A stretch of 32,000 nt of DNA, taken from an uncultured Lentisphaeria bacterium. GTDB lineage: Bacteria; Verrucomicrobiota; Lentisphaeria; JABSQK01; JAJFLO01. Position 1 is the first letter of the stretch. Every line of letters starts with the position of its first letter. The notes beneath the pieces are model-generated. The model saw only the letters and a program-made list of their open reading frames with translations, had not been told where the DNA came from and ran no database searches. A program made the position numbers and the translations under genes. Positions 10,404 through 19,209 of this stretch are shown piece by piece. The DNA lies in contig OX638337.1 in assembly GCA_951812855.1 (NCBI GenBank), positions 360,001-392,000 on the forward strand, read 5' to 3'.

Positions 10404-10866
10404 GTTTTACACGTTTTAGGGATTGGGGATCAGTGGTTTATACAAAATGATTCTCATGACATATACCCCCTCAATCATCCAATTGCCAAGACGGGTGATT
10501 TCCAGTTATATTCAGCACTGGATGGATTTACAAGTTTATGCAGCAAATCCATGATTCTTCTTTTTTGGATTTAGTCAAAAAACACTCTCGTTTAACAATG
10601 TGATAAAAATGAAAAAAACCCAGCTCCACTCATTCACAATTTTTTTATAACTTGAAAAATAACGTTACGGAATGTAACCATACGGAATAATCCGTTAATT
10701 CTATGGTAGCTCATTCTAAATTATATTTCGTATGGAAGTCTTCACATTTCGTGACGTGACGGGGCGAAGCCTGCTTTATTTGGAATATTCGGCATGCAGT
10801 TTTCAGTTGCCACATACCCACTTTTTTATCCAGCATCCGCAAAATAAGTCTATAGAATTAAACACC

Positions 10867-11830
10867 GCAGAAATTATTGGCGGGCAAGAATAAACTCTCG
10901 ATAAGCACTCATTTGAAACCTGCCGGCCGGCATACTCAACCAGAGAGGTAAAAATCCTTTTCAAGTCTACACGTGAGACGTGCAGCTGAACTGTAACTGC
11001 GTCGCTGCGAGGCGGGGTGGAGAGCAACAGGGGGCGAACGGCCGGTCCATAGGTAACGAACTCGACTCGTATATTGACTCTATTTCATCGAAACTTTATT
11101 CATCTTGCCGATTCTCCAACGATTATTAAACGTCGATTTGTGGAAACCTATCCATTCCAGAAGTTATTCGAGATTTACATTATGAATGATCATCCTCAAA
11201 ATGGTGCAATCATCCGGTTGAAGAATAAGTTGGAGAAACTTCTGCTGAATATTGATATGGTGATTATTACGGACTATGGCCATGCCATGATCTGAGAAAG
11301 ATATTATTGAAATGATCTGTAAAAAAGCCCCCTGTACCGCAGTAAACACGCAAGAGAATACCGGAAATCACGGATTTAATGCTGTATCCAAATATTCCCG
11401 TCCTGATTTTATCTGTATTTCAGAAAACGAGCTCCGGCTTGATGCTCGTAATAAATCCGGAAATTTGCATGAGTTGACACGTAATCTCCCGAATCAATTG
11501 AACTGTGAAAACATTGTTGTTACTCGCAGCTTACTTGGGTGTTTATGCTACAATCGTGATAACGGTTTTATTACAGCACCTGCTTTGACAAATAATTTCA
11601 AAGACCGGGCTGGGGCTGGAGAATTCACAAATTCTGATTATCTTGGCAGCATAAAAAAGATTGAAGACATAATACCACAGGAAAAATCAGGGTATCATAT
11701 TGTGAAAGAATGTGATATAAAATCAAATATCAACCGTCTGAACGGAATTGGATTTCTGGCTCCTGGGATGGATACGACATTGTTATTGGATTCCGTTGAG
11801 AATTTAGAAACACTACTTCCCGAAAATTAG
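10867..11830 (+). pseudogene. PfkB/RfaE-domain-I-like sugar kinase, decayed (in-frame stop plus frameshifts)
   Basis: The fragments lie in three frames. AEIIGGQE*TLDKH has TAA at 10891-10893 and resembles the IGDxxLDxY N-terminus. ARRGG..ANG resembles RPGGAANVA. 11074..11295 encodes PTIIKRRFV ... ITDYGHAMI*. 11312..11830 encodes NTQENTGNHGFNAVSKY ... VVTRS ... DRAGAGEF, the PfkB GAGD motif. The 11074 and 11312 ORFs join with a 1-nt shift near 11290. The 5' limit is approximate. Confidence 0.55.
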
Positions 11831-11897
11831 AATTCATTATTGTTTTAGTCTATCATCCATTAACACTTTCTCATTAAATTACAGTTCAATTATTAAT

Positions 11898-12421
11898 ATT
11901 GAGTTTAATCTGTGTAACAACAAAACTTTATTTTCCAACCTCCAGGGAATTGTATTTGATTTTGATGGCGTATTGACTGATAATTAATAAGGTATATGTC
12001 GATCAGTCAGGCGATGAGATGTTTTGCTGCAATCGATCCGACGGTTTGGGAATCGGAGGCACTGAAGCTAACCCGTATAAGGTTATTTGTTCTATCAACA
12101 GAAAGAAATCCTGTTGTTGGATCCCGGTGTAAAAAACTGAAAATTCAGTTGCTCCGGGGAAGTAGAGATAAGCGTACAATCATAAAAGAACTGGCTTCTG
12201 AGAAAAATTTCAATTTAAGCCGTACGCTATTTGTCGGAAATGATTTGAATGATTTTTCAGTGATGCAGGCCTGCGGATACTCTGCTGCAGACAGTCACCC
12301 GCAGATCGTGAAAATTTCAAGATTCTTACTGAAAACAAATGGGAGCCGAGGCATCGTACGCGAAATTGCTGAAGAAATTCCCGGCATTGAAATCCTGGAT
12401 ACATTACATCCCAAAACATGA
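11898..12421 (+). pseudogene. KdsC-family HAD-IIIA sugar-phosphate phosphatase, decayed
   Basis: The HAD motif I segment GIVFDFDGVLTDN (11946-11984) runs into TAA TAA (11985-11990). The expected continuation NKVYVDQSGDEMF..SDGLGI is in the +1 frame. A second shift near 12050 joins ORF 11996..12421 (STERNPV ... FVGNDLNDFSVM ... GSRGIVREIAEEI). The usual AVADA is SAADS. No canonical start codon is seen. Confidence 0.6.
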
Positions 12422-12480
12422 TAAATGGTCCGGGCAGTAACCAACCCGATTACTAATAATGACTCTGTAAAAGACATAAA

Positions 12481-13305
12481 ATGTCCTCCCATAAATTAAT
12501 CATTGAAGCCGGCAAAACCAGTAAACGATATTTTAGAGACGTTTGGGAATTTCGGGAACTATTTTATTTTCTTGCCTGGCGTGACATTCTTGTGCGATAC
12601 AAGCAAACTCTGATCGGCATCTCCTGGAGCGTGATTCGGCCGCTGCTGACAATGATCGTCTTTACAATTGTATTTGGCAGACTGGCAAGACTTCCATCAG
12701 ACGGGATTCCGTATCCAATTCTCGTATTCAGTGCTGCCCTGCCCTGGCAATTTTTCGCGTCTTCCCTGGCAGAATGCAGCAATAGCGTTATAGCGAATGC
12801 TAATATGGTTTCCAAGGTTTATTTTCCCAGAATAATCATCCCTGCAAGTGCTGTGATTGTGAGTTTTGTTGATTTCCTGATTTCAGCTGTGATTTTGGCT
12901 GCAATGATGTTTTGGTATTCATTTATACCGGATTGGAAAATTCTACTCTTACCCGTGTTTATAGTGATAGCCTTTGGTGCATCCATTGGTACCGGCCTGT
13001 TCTTATCAGCCCTCAATGTCAGATTTCGTGATTTTCGCTATATTGTTCCATTTATTGTTCAGTTTGGGCTCTATATCTCGCCGGTCGGTTTCAGCAGTAA
13101 TATCATTCCTGAACGTTGGCGTCTTCTTTATTCACTAAATCCTATGGTAGGAGTTATAGATGGATTTCGATGGGCTTTATTGGGCGGAAACATTGATATT
13201 TACTGGCAGGGTTTCGGCTTATCCATGGTATTGGTGTTTTTCCTGTTCTTCGCCGGTATCTGGTATTTTAGAAAAACAGAAAATGCTTTCGCTGATATAA
13301 TTTAA
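12481..13305 (+). CDS. wzm: ABC-2 type polysaccharide/O-antigen export permease
   Basis: 274 aa with six predicted TM segments. N-terminal signature ELFYFLAWRDILVRYKQTLIGISWSVIRPLL is typical of Wzm/TagG/KpsM permeases. It is followed 3 nt later by the ATPase gene. Confidence 0.9.
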   Translation: MSSHKLIIEAGKTSKRYFRDVWEFRELFYFLAWRDILVRYKQTLIGISWSVIRPLLTMIVFTIVFGRLARLPSDGIPYPILVFSAALPWQFFASSLAECSNSVIANANMVSKVYFPRIIIPASAVIVSFVDFLISAVILAAMMFWYSFIPDWKILLLPVFIVIAFGASIGTGLFLSALNVRFRDFRYIVPFIVQFGLYISPVGFSSNIIPERWRLLYSLNPMVGVIDGFRWALLGGNIDIYWQGFGLSMVLVFFLFFAGIWYFRKTENAFADII

Positions 13306-13308
13306 TTT

Positions 13309-14592
13309 ATGTGTACTGCCATAACAGTTGAAAATTTAAGCAAAAAATATATTATTGCCCATCAGCTTCGCGAGCGTCACCCTGCATTACGGGACGCGAT
13401 TACAAATAATGCAAAACGGGTGTTCAGGCGTTTGAGACATCCGCTGGGTGGTTTTGACACCGATGATCCTCAGCACGAGAAATTTTGGGCTCTAAAAGAT
13501 ATCAATTTTGACATCAAAAAAGGTGATCGAATTGGCGTAATCGGCCGAAATGGTGCGGGGAAATCGACATTACTCAAGATATTAAGCAGAATTACCGAAC
13601 CCTCATCCGGCCGCATTGATATTTCAGGCAGAATCGCGAGTTTACTGGAAGTGGGTACGGGATTTCACCCAGAATTAACAGGACGGGAAAATATATTCCT
13701 CAATGGTGCAGTTCTCGGCATGAAAAGGGTGGAAATTAAACGGAAATTTGATGAAATTGTTGCCTTTGCCCAAACCGATAAATTCTTAGACACACCCGTC
13801 AAGCGTTATTCAAGTGGAATGCAGGTTCGTCTTGCTTTTGCTATTGCAGCTCATCTTGAACCTGAGATTTTATTAATTGATGAAGTTTTAGCTGTCGGAG
13901 ATCTTGGGTTCCAAAAGAAATGTTTAGGAAAAATGAACGAGGTTACCAGGCATGGAAGAACCGTTTTTTTCGTTAGTCATAACATCGGAATGGTCCGGAT
14001 TTTATGCAACAAATCGATCTTATTAACATCAGGTAAAATAACACAATATGACGATACACAAGATGTTGTTGAAACATATTTATCTGTGCATAAAACGGAA
14101 ATGGGCAGTAATGGTGAGATTTGCTGGTCAAAGGAAACCCCGGGGCCCGGATGCGATGACATTCGCCTTTTATCGATACGCTTATTAAATAATGCAGGAA
14201 CCGCAGCGAGTGTCTTCACTAAAGACGAAATCATAAATATCGAAATTGCTTATGAAGTCTACCGAAAGTTGAGTGGAGTCAGAGTCCATGTAACGTTAAC
14301 GACAGAGGATGGAATCGTTGCATTCACATCAACCAATCATGGTAAGGGTACCGAAGAACTAATGCCTGGAAAATTTCGAAGCCGGGCGACGATACCCCAT
14401 GATTTCCTAAATGTAAAAACGTATTATGTCAAAGTATACTTTGATGTACCGGGCATCAGAGCACTGGTACCCGAGGATGAATATCTATTTTTTAAGTGTG
14501 ACCCCGGAACTCCAAAAGGACAATTTGTTTCTCCATCCCAGGCAGGCGTCATCGCTCCAGAATTAGGGTGGTCAAATGAATCTATAACTTAG
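13309..14592 (+). CDS. wzt: Polysaccharide ABC exporter ATP-binding protein with C-terminal glycan-binding extension
   Basis: 427 aa. Walker A GRNGAGKST, signature YSSGMQVRL, Walker B LLIDEVLAVGD. About 170 extra C-terminal residues (IRLLSIRLLNNAG ... INIEIAYEV ... VKVYF) look like the Wzt C-terminal beta-sandwich. Confidence 0.9.
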   Translation: MCTAITVENLSKKYIIAHQLRERHPALRDAITNNAKRVFRRLRHPLGGFDTDDPQHEKFWALKDINFDIKKGDRIGVIGRNGAGKSTLLKILSRITEPSSGRIDISGRIASLLEVGTGFHPELTGRENIFLNGAVLGMKRVEIKRKFDEIVAFAQTDKFLDTPVKRYSSGMQVRLAFAIAAHLEPEILLIDEVLAVGDLGFQKKCLGKMNEVTRHGRTVFFVSHNIGMVRILCNKSILLTSGKITQYDDTQDVVETYLSVHKTEMGSNGEICWSKETPGPGCDDIRLLSIRLLNNAGTAASVFTKDEIINIEIAYEVYRKLSGVRVHVTLTTEDGIVAFTSTNHGKGTEELMPGKFRSRATIPHDFLNVKTYYVKVYFDVPGIRALVPEDEYLFFKCDPGTPKGQFVSPSQAGVIAPELGWSNESIT

Positions 14593-14842
14593 AATTCAAT
14601 TAAGATGTATTCTGTTTTTCATAAATAGATTGAAGACTTCATTATTTACTGAGTATCGGACTAAAACGCCTTGTAAACCAAGCTTACAGAAACCTTGAGA
14701 TAATTGTATCTGACTGATGATTGTTCACCTATGGAAGCAGCCGTTAGAACCTATAAGAGTGATAATAAACGAATAACCATCCCCTTCTTTCTTAAAAGGA
14801 CATACTGTCTGTTTTATACGTTATTACATTTTCTAATTCGAG

Positions 14843-15787
14843 ATGCATTTGTATAACGACAGCAATTTTAAACCCTTGGCTAAACAGCGGCTGGATTATT
14901 TTCTAATCTGGGGCCACGGGCTGGACTGTAAAAAAGAAATCATTGATTTTCTTCGTGCCGAAAAGGCCTTAAATATCATTCTGTTATTTGAATATTATCC
15001 AGGAAATATTCATAAATTTGTTAAGAAAATTTATTCCCATGACTATGCACCGTTCCAACATTTAAAAGATAAAACAAGATATTTGTTAAAAACACCATCA
15101 CGGGTCATAATAATTTTAGTGAAAAACCTGGATGTATGTGAAGTACTGGTCGGTAATGGAATGTTCAGGCACATTGAATGTGAACGGATTGTTCGCGTCA
15201 AAAATAAAATACGCGATGCATTCAACCCAAGAGAAAATAATAAACGGACAGAACACCATGTTATCCATGCCTCTGATAATGAAGAACAAACTCATCGTTT
15301 ACTATTGGATATTGGCTGTAAAAACGGAATTAATGCCTTTCATCATAAACCAAATTCGCTGCTGGATTTACCGTATCATGTCAACCCGTTCCATTCATTC
15401 AGGATTCAATCCATACCTGTTTCGAAAATTCACTGTCGACTTCTCAGCCCTGAGTCAACTAAATCTGATCTTAAAGTAGATCAATGTCGACTAACAGACA
15501 GCCCGCACTGTGCCTGCCTAAACGGAGATCCGACTCGATATAAATCGTATCTGGACATGGCATCAAAGGTTCGTGAATGTGATAATCATTCTGTTGAAAA
15601 TTTTCTTCTCCTCAATAAAAACCTGAAGTACCTGGAAACGCCATATGAATCGTCATATATCCTGGTTAAATATTGCACTGAATCGAATTGTTTTTTAATT
15701 TTTGACGGTCTGCATCGAGCCGTCATACTAACTCATCAGGGATACAAGAAAATAACAGTCGCCGTCATCACCCAGGGAATATCATGA
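14843..15787 (+). CDS. Uncharacterised two-domain protein: N-terminal alpha/beta domain with NDK-like motifs plus C-terminal ParB/Srx-fold domain
   Basis: 314 aa. The C-terminus YILVKYCTESNCFLIFDGLHRAVILTHQGYKKITVAVI carries the DGxHR core of the ParB/sulfiredoxin fold, preceded by FRIQSIPVSKIH. The N-terminus has IYSHDYAPFQHL ... RVIIILVKN ... HHVIHASDNEEQ, reminiscent of the nucleoside-diphosphate-kinase pattern (by eye only). Its stop overlaps the next start (ATGA). Confidence 0.6.
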   Translation: MHLYNDSNFKPLAKQRLDYFLIWGHGLDCKKEIIDFLRAEKALNIILLFEYYPGNIHKFVKKIYSHDYAPFQHLKDKTRYLLKTPSRVIIILVKNLDVCEVLVGNGMFRHIECERIVRVKNKIRDAFNPRENNKRTEHHVIHASDNEEQTHRLLLDIGCKNGINAFHHKPNSLLDLPYHVNPFHSFRIQSIPVSKIHCRLLSPESTKSDLKVDQCRLTDSPHCACLNGDPTRYKSYLDMASKVRECDNHSVENFLLLNKNLKYLETPYESSYILVKYCTESNCFLIFDGLHRAVILTHQGYKKITVAVITQGIS

Positions 15788-16479
15788 ATAAAACACTGTT
15801 GCTGAATGACCTGGATTTAAACCAGTTTTTCTATGCAATCCAGGATATCTCCTATGTCATTGTCAGACGAAGCAATCCGGAAAAGTGGCCAGGTTATTTC
15901 CAGGGAGAAGACATTGATATATTTTGCTATGACAAGGCAGCAGTCGGCCGTAACCTTCTGGGAATTGCAAACATATATGTCAATCAGGGTTTTGATATCG
16001 AGTCAACTGATCATGACAACGGTATGCAAACTCACATCGATTTCTTTAAAGGCGGACAATTACAATTCAGATTTGACCTCTATGGTCGTCTGCCACGTTT
16101 CAAAAAGGTATGTATTAAAGAACATTTATTTCTAAGCGTTATTGAAAACGCACACCCTTTAGAATACCAGTGGCAAGAAGAAAACTATCCACTTTATATC
16201 CCCTCATCAGCCGATGATTTATTACTGCGGTATATCGAATATGTTGAGTACTTTGAACAGCGTCCGGATAAAATAAAACATCTGGACTATATAATGTCGT
16301 CGATTTCAGACATTCCCGGAAGATTAGGTTTTATCGAAAAACTTCATCAATACACTGACCTTCCTAAATGCATTGCCTATATTCCGGAAGAAGAAGAAAA
16401 AGCAAAACATTATGCACAGAGTTTACGTTATCATTTTAAGATGATCGTAAACGAATTGATACGCCGTATCAAACCATGA
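15784..16479 (+). CDS. Uncharacterised nucleotidyltransferase-fold (Pol-beta-like, NTP_transf_5-like) protein
   Basis: 231 aa. GYFQGEDIDIFCYD supplies a DxD carboxylate pair and THIDFF a third acidic strand, followed by a helical C-terminal half. It shares 4-nt ATGA overlaps with both neighbours. Confidence 0.55.
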   Translation: MNKTLLLNDLDLNQFFYAIQDISYVIVRRSNPEKWPGYFQGEDIDIFCYDKAAVGRNLLGIANIYVNQGFDIESTDHDNGMQTHIDFFKGGQLQFRFDLYGRLPRFKKVCIKEHLFLSVIENAHPLEYQWQEENYPLYIPSSADDLLLRYIEYVEYFEQRPDKIKHLDYIMSSISDIPGRLGFIEKLHQYTDLPKCIAYIPEEEEKAKHYAQSLRYHFKMIVNELIRRIKP

Positions 16480-17369
16480 TCGTCGTAAAATTAATCGGAG
16501 GTTTAGGAAATCAGCTTTTCCAATATGCATTAGGCAGACACCTTGCTGAAAAACATCAAACACCTGTTAAACTGGATATTTCAGCGTTTAATTCTCAACA
16601 ATTAAGAAGCTATGCATTAACAGCATTTAATATTCACGCACCGTTAGCTTCTGACGATGAAATCAATAACATCCTGGGTGCCCCTCCAGGTATCGGGAAG
16701 CGATTCACAGCAAAATTGTTAAAACGAGATCTTACCGATTATTGGCCAACTTATGTCAAAGAAAAAAAATTCTGTTTTAATCCGGAAATTTTAAAGTTGC
16801 CCAATGATATTTATTTAGACGGTTACTGGCAAAGTGAAAAATATTTTGAGGATATCTCATCGATACTCAGAAAGGAATTCACACTAAATGCTGAGCAGTC
16901 TGCTGAAAATGAGAAAACTCAGTCACATATTCTCTCTTCAGAATCAGTTAGTGTACATGCTCGACGCTGTGATTTTGTCAGTGATGAATCTGTAAATCGA
17001 ATACATGGAATTTGTGACCTGAATTACTACGTAAAGGCCTTTGACTACATAAAAGGCATCGTGCAAAATCCCCGGTTTTTCATTTTTAGCGATGACATTC
17101 CCTGGTGTCGCTCTAATCTTGATTTTGAACATCAACTCACCTTCGTTGATCACAATGGTGCAGATAATAGTCATGACGATCTGCAATTGATGAAACAATG
17201 CAAACATCACATCATAGCAAACAGTTCATTCTCATGGTGGTCAGCCTGGTTAAATTCAAATCCTGATAAACTCGTAATCGCTCCACAGCGATGGGTGAAT
17301 TCTGACTATTACGATACAAAAGACTTAATTCCTGACAATTGGATAAAATTGAACATTGAATCTGCCTGA
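16476..17369 (+). CDS. GT11 family alpha-1,2-fucosyltransferase
   Basis: 297 aa. N-terminal LIGGLGNQLFQYALGRHLA, motif I VSVHARRCDF (HxRRxD), and C-terminal IANSSFSWWSAWLN are all GT11 hallmarks. Confidence 0.85.
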   Translation: MIVVKLIGGLGNQLFQYALGRHLAEKHQTPVKLDISAFNSQQLRSYALTAFNIHAPLASDDEINNILGAPPGIGKRFTAKLLKRDLTDYWPTYVKEKKFCFNPEILKLPNDIYLDGYWQSEKYFEDISSILRKEFTLNAEQSAENEKTQSHILSSESVSVHARRCDFVSDESVNRIHGICDLNYYVKAFDYIKGIVQNPRFFIFSDDIPWCRSNLDFEHQLTFVDHNGADNSHDDLQLMKQCKHHIIANSSFSWWSAWLNSNPDKLVIAPQRWVNSDYYDTKDLIPDNWIKLNIESA

Positions 17370-18285
17370 CATTTCTGTTGTTATGCCCGTATATAACGCT
17401 GAAGCTTATTTAGCTGAAGCAATTGAAAGCATTTTATGTCAATCTTTTAAGAATTTTGAATTTATCATTATTGACGATGGTTCAACGGATAATTCCGCTT
17501 CTATAATCAAACAGTTTACTGAAAAAGATTCACGTATTGTTGCCGTCTCCCAAACCAATCAAGGGTTGGGAGCTGCATTAAACAGGGGAATAAACGAAGC
17601 AAAAGGGAACTGTATTGCAAGAATGGATGCTGATGATATTGCCCATCCGGACAGATTTGAAAAACAATTACAATTCATGAAAGAAAATCCCGAATGTGGT
17701 ATCTGCGGAACATTCCATATCAGCATCGATCATAACGGAACAGAATTAAAAAAAGTAACATTCCCCACTGCTGATGATGATATAAAACTCCATTTATTAT
17801 GGTATTGCCCCATATCACACCCAACCGTAATGATTCAAAGAGTTCTAGTGCAAGAGAACAAATATGGCGGAATTTATCACAATGTCGAGGATTATGATTT
17901 ATGGCTGCGCCTCACTGAGAAAACCAAATTTTATAACATTCCCGAATATTTGCTCAAATACAGGAAGCACGAAAAAAATTATACCAGGAATAAATTGACC
18001 GTTATTGAACCTCAAATGCATGAATTGCAAAAACACTATTATATAAAAAACAGAATTGACCTTGATGACAAACTGCATAAATACCTTGATCGCCAGAAAA
18101 ATATTCTCGGAACTGATTTTATATGGGCGTTGATCGCTATATGGAAATCAGGCCACTGCTTAACATTTTTCTCACTGTACAATAGCGTTCTTCTCCGAAT
18201 ATCGCTCCGTTCACACATTGTATGCTGGAATCAAATATCAAACCTGAATTTACGACATCGTTTTACCAGACAGAGAAGACGTTAA
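17356..18285 (+). CDS. GT2 family glycosyltransferase
   Basis: 309 aa. ISVVMPVYNAEAYLAEAIESILCQSFKNFEFIIIDDGSTDNS and ARMDADDIAHPDR (DxD). The TTG start overlaps the GT11 3' end by 14 nt. Confidence 0.9.
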   Translation: MNLPDISVVMPVYNAEAYLAEAIESILCQSFKNFEFIIIDDGSTDNSASIIKQFTEKDSRIVAVSQTNQGLGAALNRGINEAKGNCIARMDADDIAHPDRFEKQLQFMKENPECGICGTFHISIDHNGTELKKVTFPTADDDIKLHLLWYCPISHPTVMIQRVLVQENKYGGIYHNVEDYDLWLRLTEKTKFYNIPEYLLKYRKHEKNYTRNKLTVIEPQMHELQKHYYIKNRIDLDDKLHKYLDRQKNILGTDFIWALIAIWKSGHCLTFFSLYNSVLLRISLRSHIVCWNQISNLNLRHRFTRQRRR

Positions 18286-18291
18286 AAACAT

Positions 18292-19209
18292 ATGAAATTA
18301 TCTGTAGTAATCCCGACCTGCAACCGAGACAACCTCCTTCCGGATACCGTTCGAATTTTATCGGAACGTCTGCAGAAAGAGTGGCCGGAAAGTGAAATTA
18401 TCATTGTGAATGATGGTGAATCCATGAACGAAGATAACCGTAAATTCTACATAAAATATCATGCATCTATTATTGAAAAAGGGCATCGCGGCCCGTCTTA
18501 CAGTCGCAATACCGGTGCTGAAGCCAGTTCGGGATCGGTTTTACTCTTTCTCGACGACGATATTGATGTACTGCCCGGAGCAATAGCAAGTTTGTTCAAT
18601 CAGTTTACAGACGGGACAAAAGCGGTTGTTGGACGGATTATTCACAAAATTGAGTCCGATGACGACGATGTTCGTCAATTTATCCTTGGTAAGGAAAATC
18701 ACATGGATGAAATTAGGAAAACATCTAAAAACAACCTGCCATTCGAATACGGACGTTCGGCGATGCTGGCAGTAACACGAGATATCTTTTTGAAAATTAA
18801 AGGGTTTGATGAAAAACTTGATGAATATTATGCCTGGGAAGATATCGAATTTTGCTACAGAGTCGAAAATCAAACCACCATAAAATATGAACACAAAGCC
18901 GCTGGAAATCATAAATGGCATGTTCCGTCCCTGGCAGCCTACCTAAGTCGATGTGAAGATTCTGCAAAATCATCAGTTCAAGTCTATCTAACGCATGATA
19001 ATCCCAGAATAGCAACTATTACAGGTGTCGGTAAAATGCGCGGAATTTCCGGATATTTTCGATATTTTCGACGACTGATCTTTTACTGTTTCCTGTCAGT
19101 ATGTGCCTTGTTTTTAGGCAGAAAATTAAAACAAAAAGTTATACATCAGAAAGTTATTTTGACCAAAATGAAAAGTATTATTAACACCTTGAATGTCAAA
19201 AATGCTTAG
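18292..19209 (+). CDS. GT2 family glycosyltransferase
   Basis: 305 aa. LSVVIPTCNRDNLL, IIVNDGES, FLDDDIDV (DxD) and WEDIEFCYR, with a hydrophobic C-terminal segment. Confidence 0.85.
   Translation: MKLSVVIPTCNRDNLLPDTVRILSERLQKEWPESEIIIVNDGESMNEDNRKFYIKYHASIIEKGHRGPSYSRNTGAEASSGSVLLFLDDDIDVLPGAIASLFNQFTDGTKAVVGRIIHKIESDDDDVRQFILGKENHMDEIRKTSKNNLPFEYGRSAMLAVTRDIFLKIKGFDEKLDEYYAWEDIEFCYRVENQTTIKYEHKAAGNHKWHVPSLAAYLSRCEDSAKSSVQVYLTHDNPRIATITGVGKMRGISGYFRYFRRLIFYCFLSVCALFLGRKLKQKVIHQKVILTKMKSIINTLNVKNA

Noticed and set aside
10404-10866. 460-bp spacer upstream of the MFS gene with small nested hairpins (GTTAC-ggaat-GTAAC, ACGGA-ataa-TCCGT around 10664-10696), considered as a riboswitch.
   Set aside because: I could not match any riboswitch core I know (ykkC/guanidine, fluoride, TPP, B12 box and others). 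The stems are only 5 bp. It probably contains just the MFS promoter and the remains of the kinase pseudogene 5' region.
10980-11065. GC-rich island (..GCGAGGCGGGGTGGAGAGCAACAGGGGGCGAACGGCCGGTCCATAGGTAACG..) that at first looked like part of RNase P RNA (GTCC...CCATAGG...GGTAACG) or tmRNA.
   Set aside because: The diagnostic elements are absent on both strands: GAGGAAAGTCCGGGC and ACAGAAxxCGGCTTA for RNase P, and GGGGxxGAxxxGGxTTCGAC with a T-arm and CCA tail for tmRNA. The patch is better explained as the conserved RPGGAANVA-coding part of the decayed PfkB/RfaE-type kinase, flanked by matching N- and C-terminal fragments.
15132-16135. Track ORFs 15132..15479 and 15833..16135 nested in alternative frames of the two hypothetical genes.
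   Set aside because: They lie fully inside longer ORFs that have domain-like motifs and coupled start/stop overlaps, and they have no features of their own.
16762-16769. A8 run inside the GT11 fucosyltransferase gene (AAA GAA AAA AAA TTC), considered as a phase-variation or programmed frameshift site by analogy with Helicobacter futC.
   Set aside because: The gene is in frame. A8 is at or below the usual instability threshold, and similar A8 runs occur in other genes here (20239-20246, 20289-20296). There is no slippery heptamer plus structure context.
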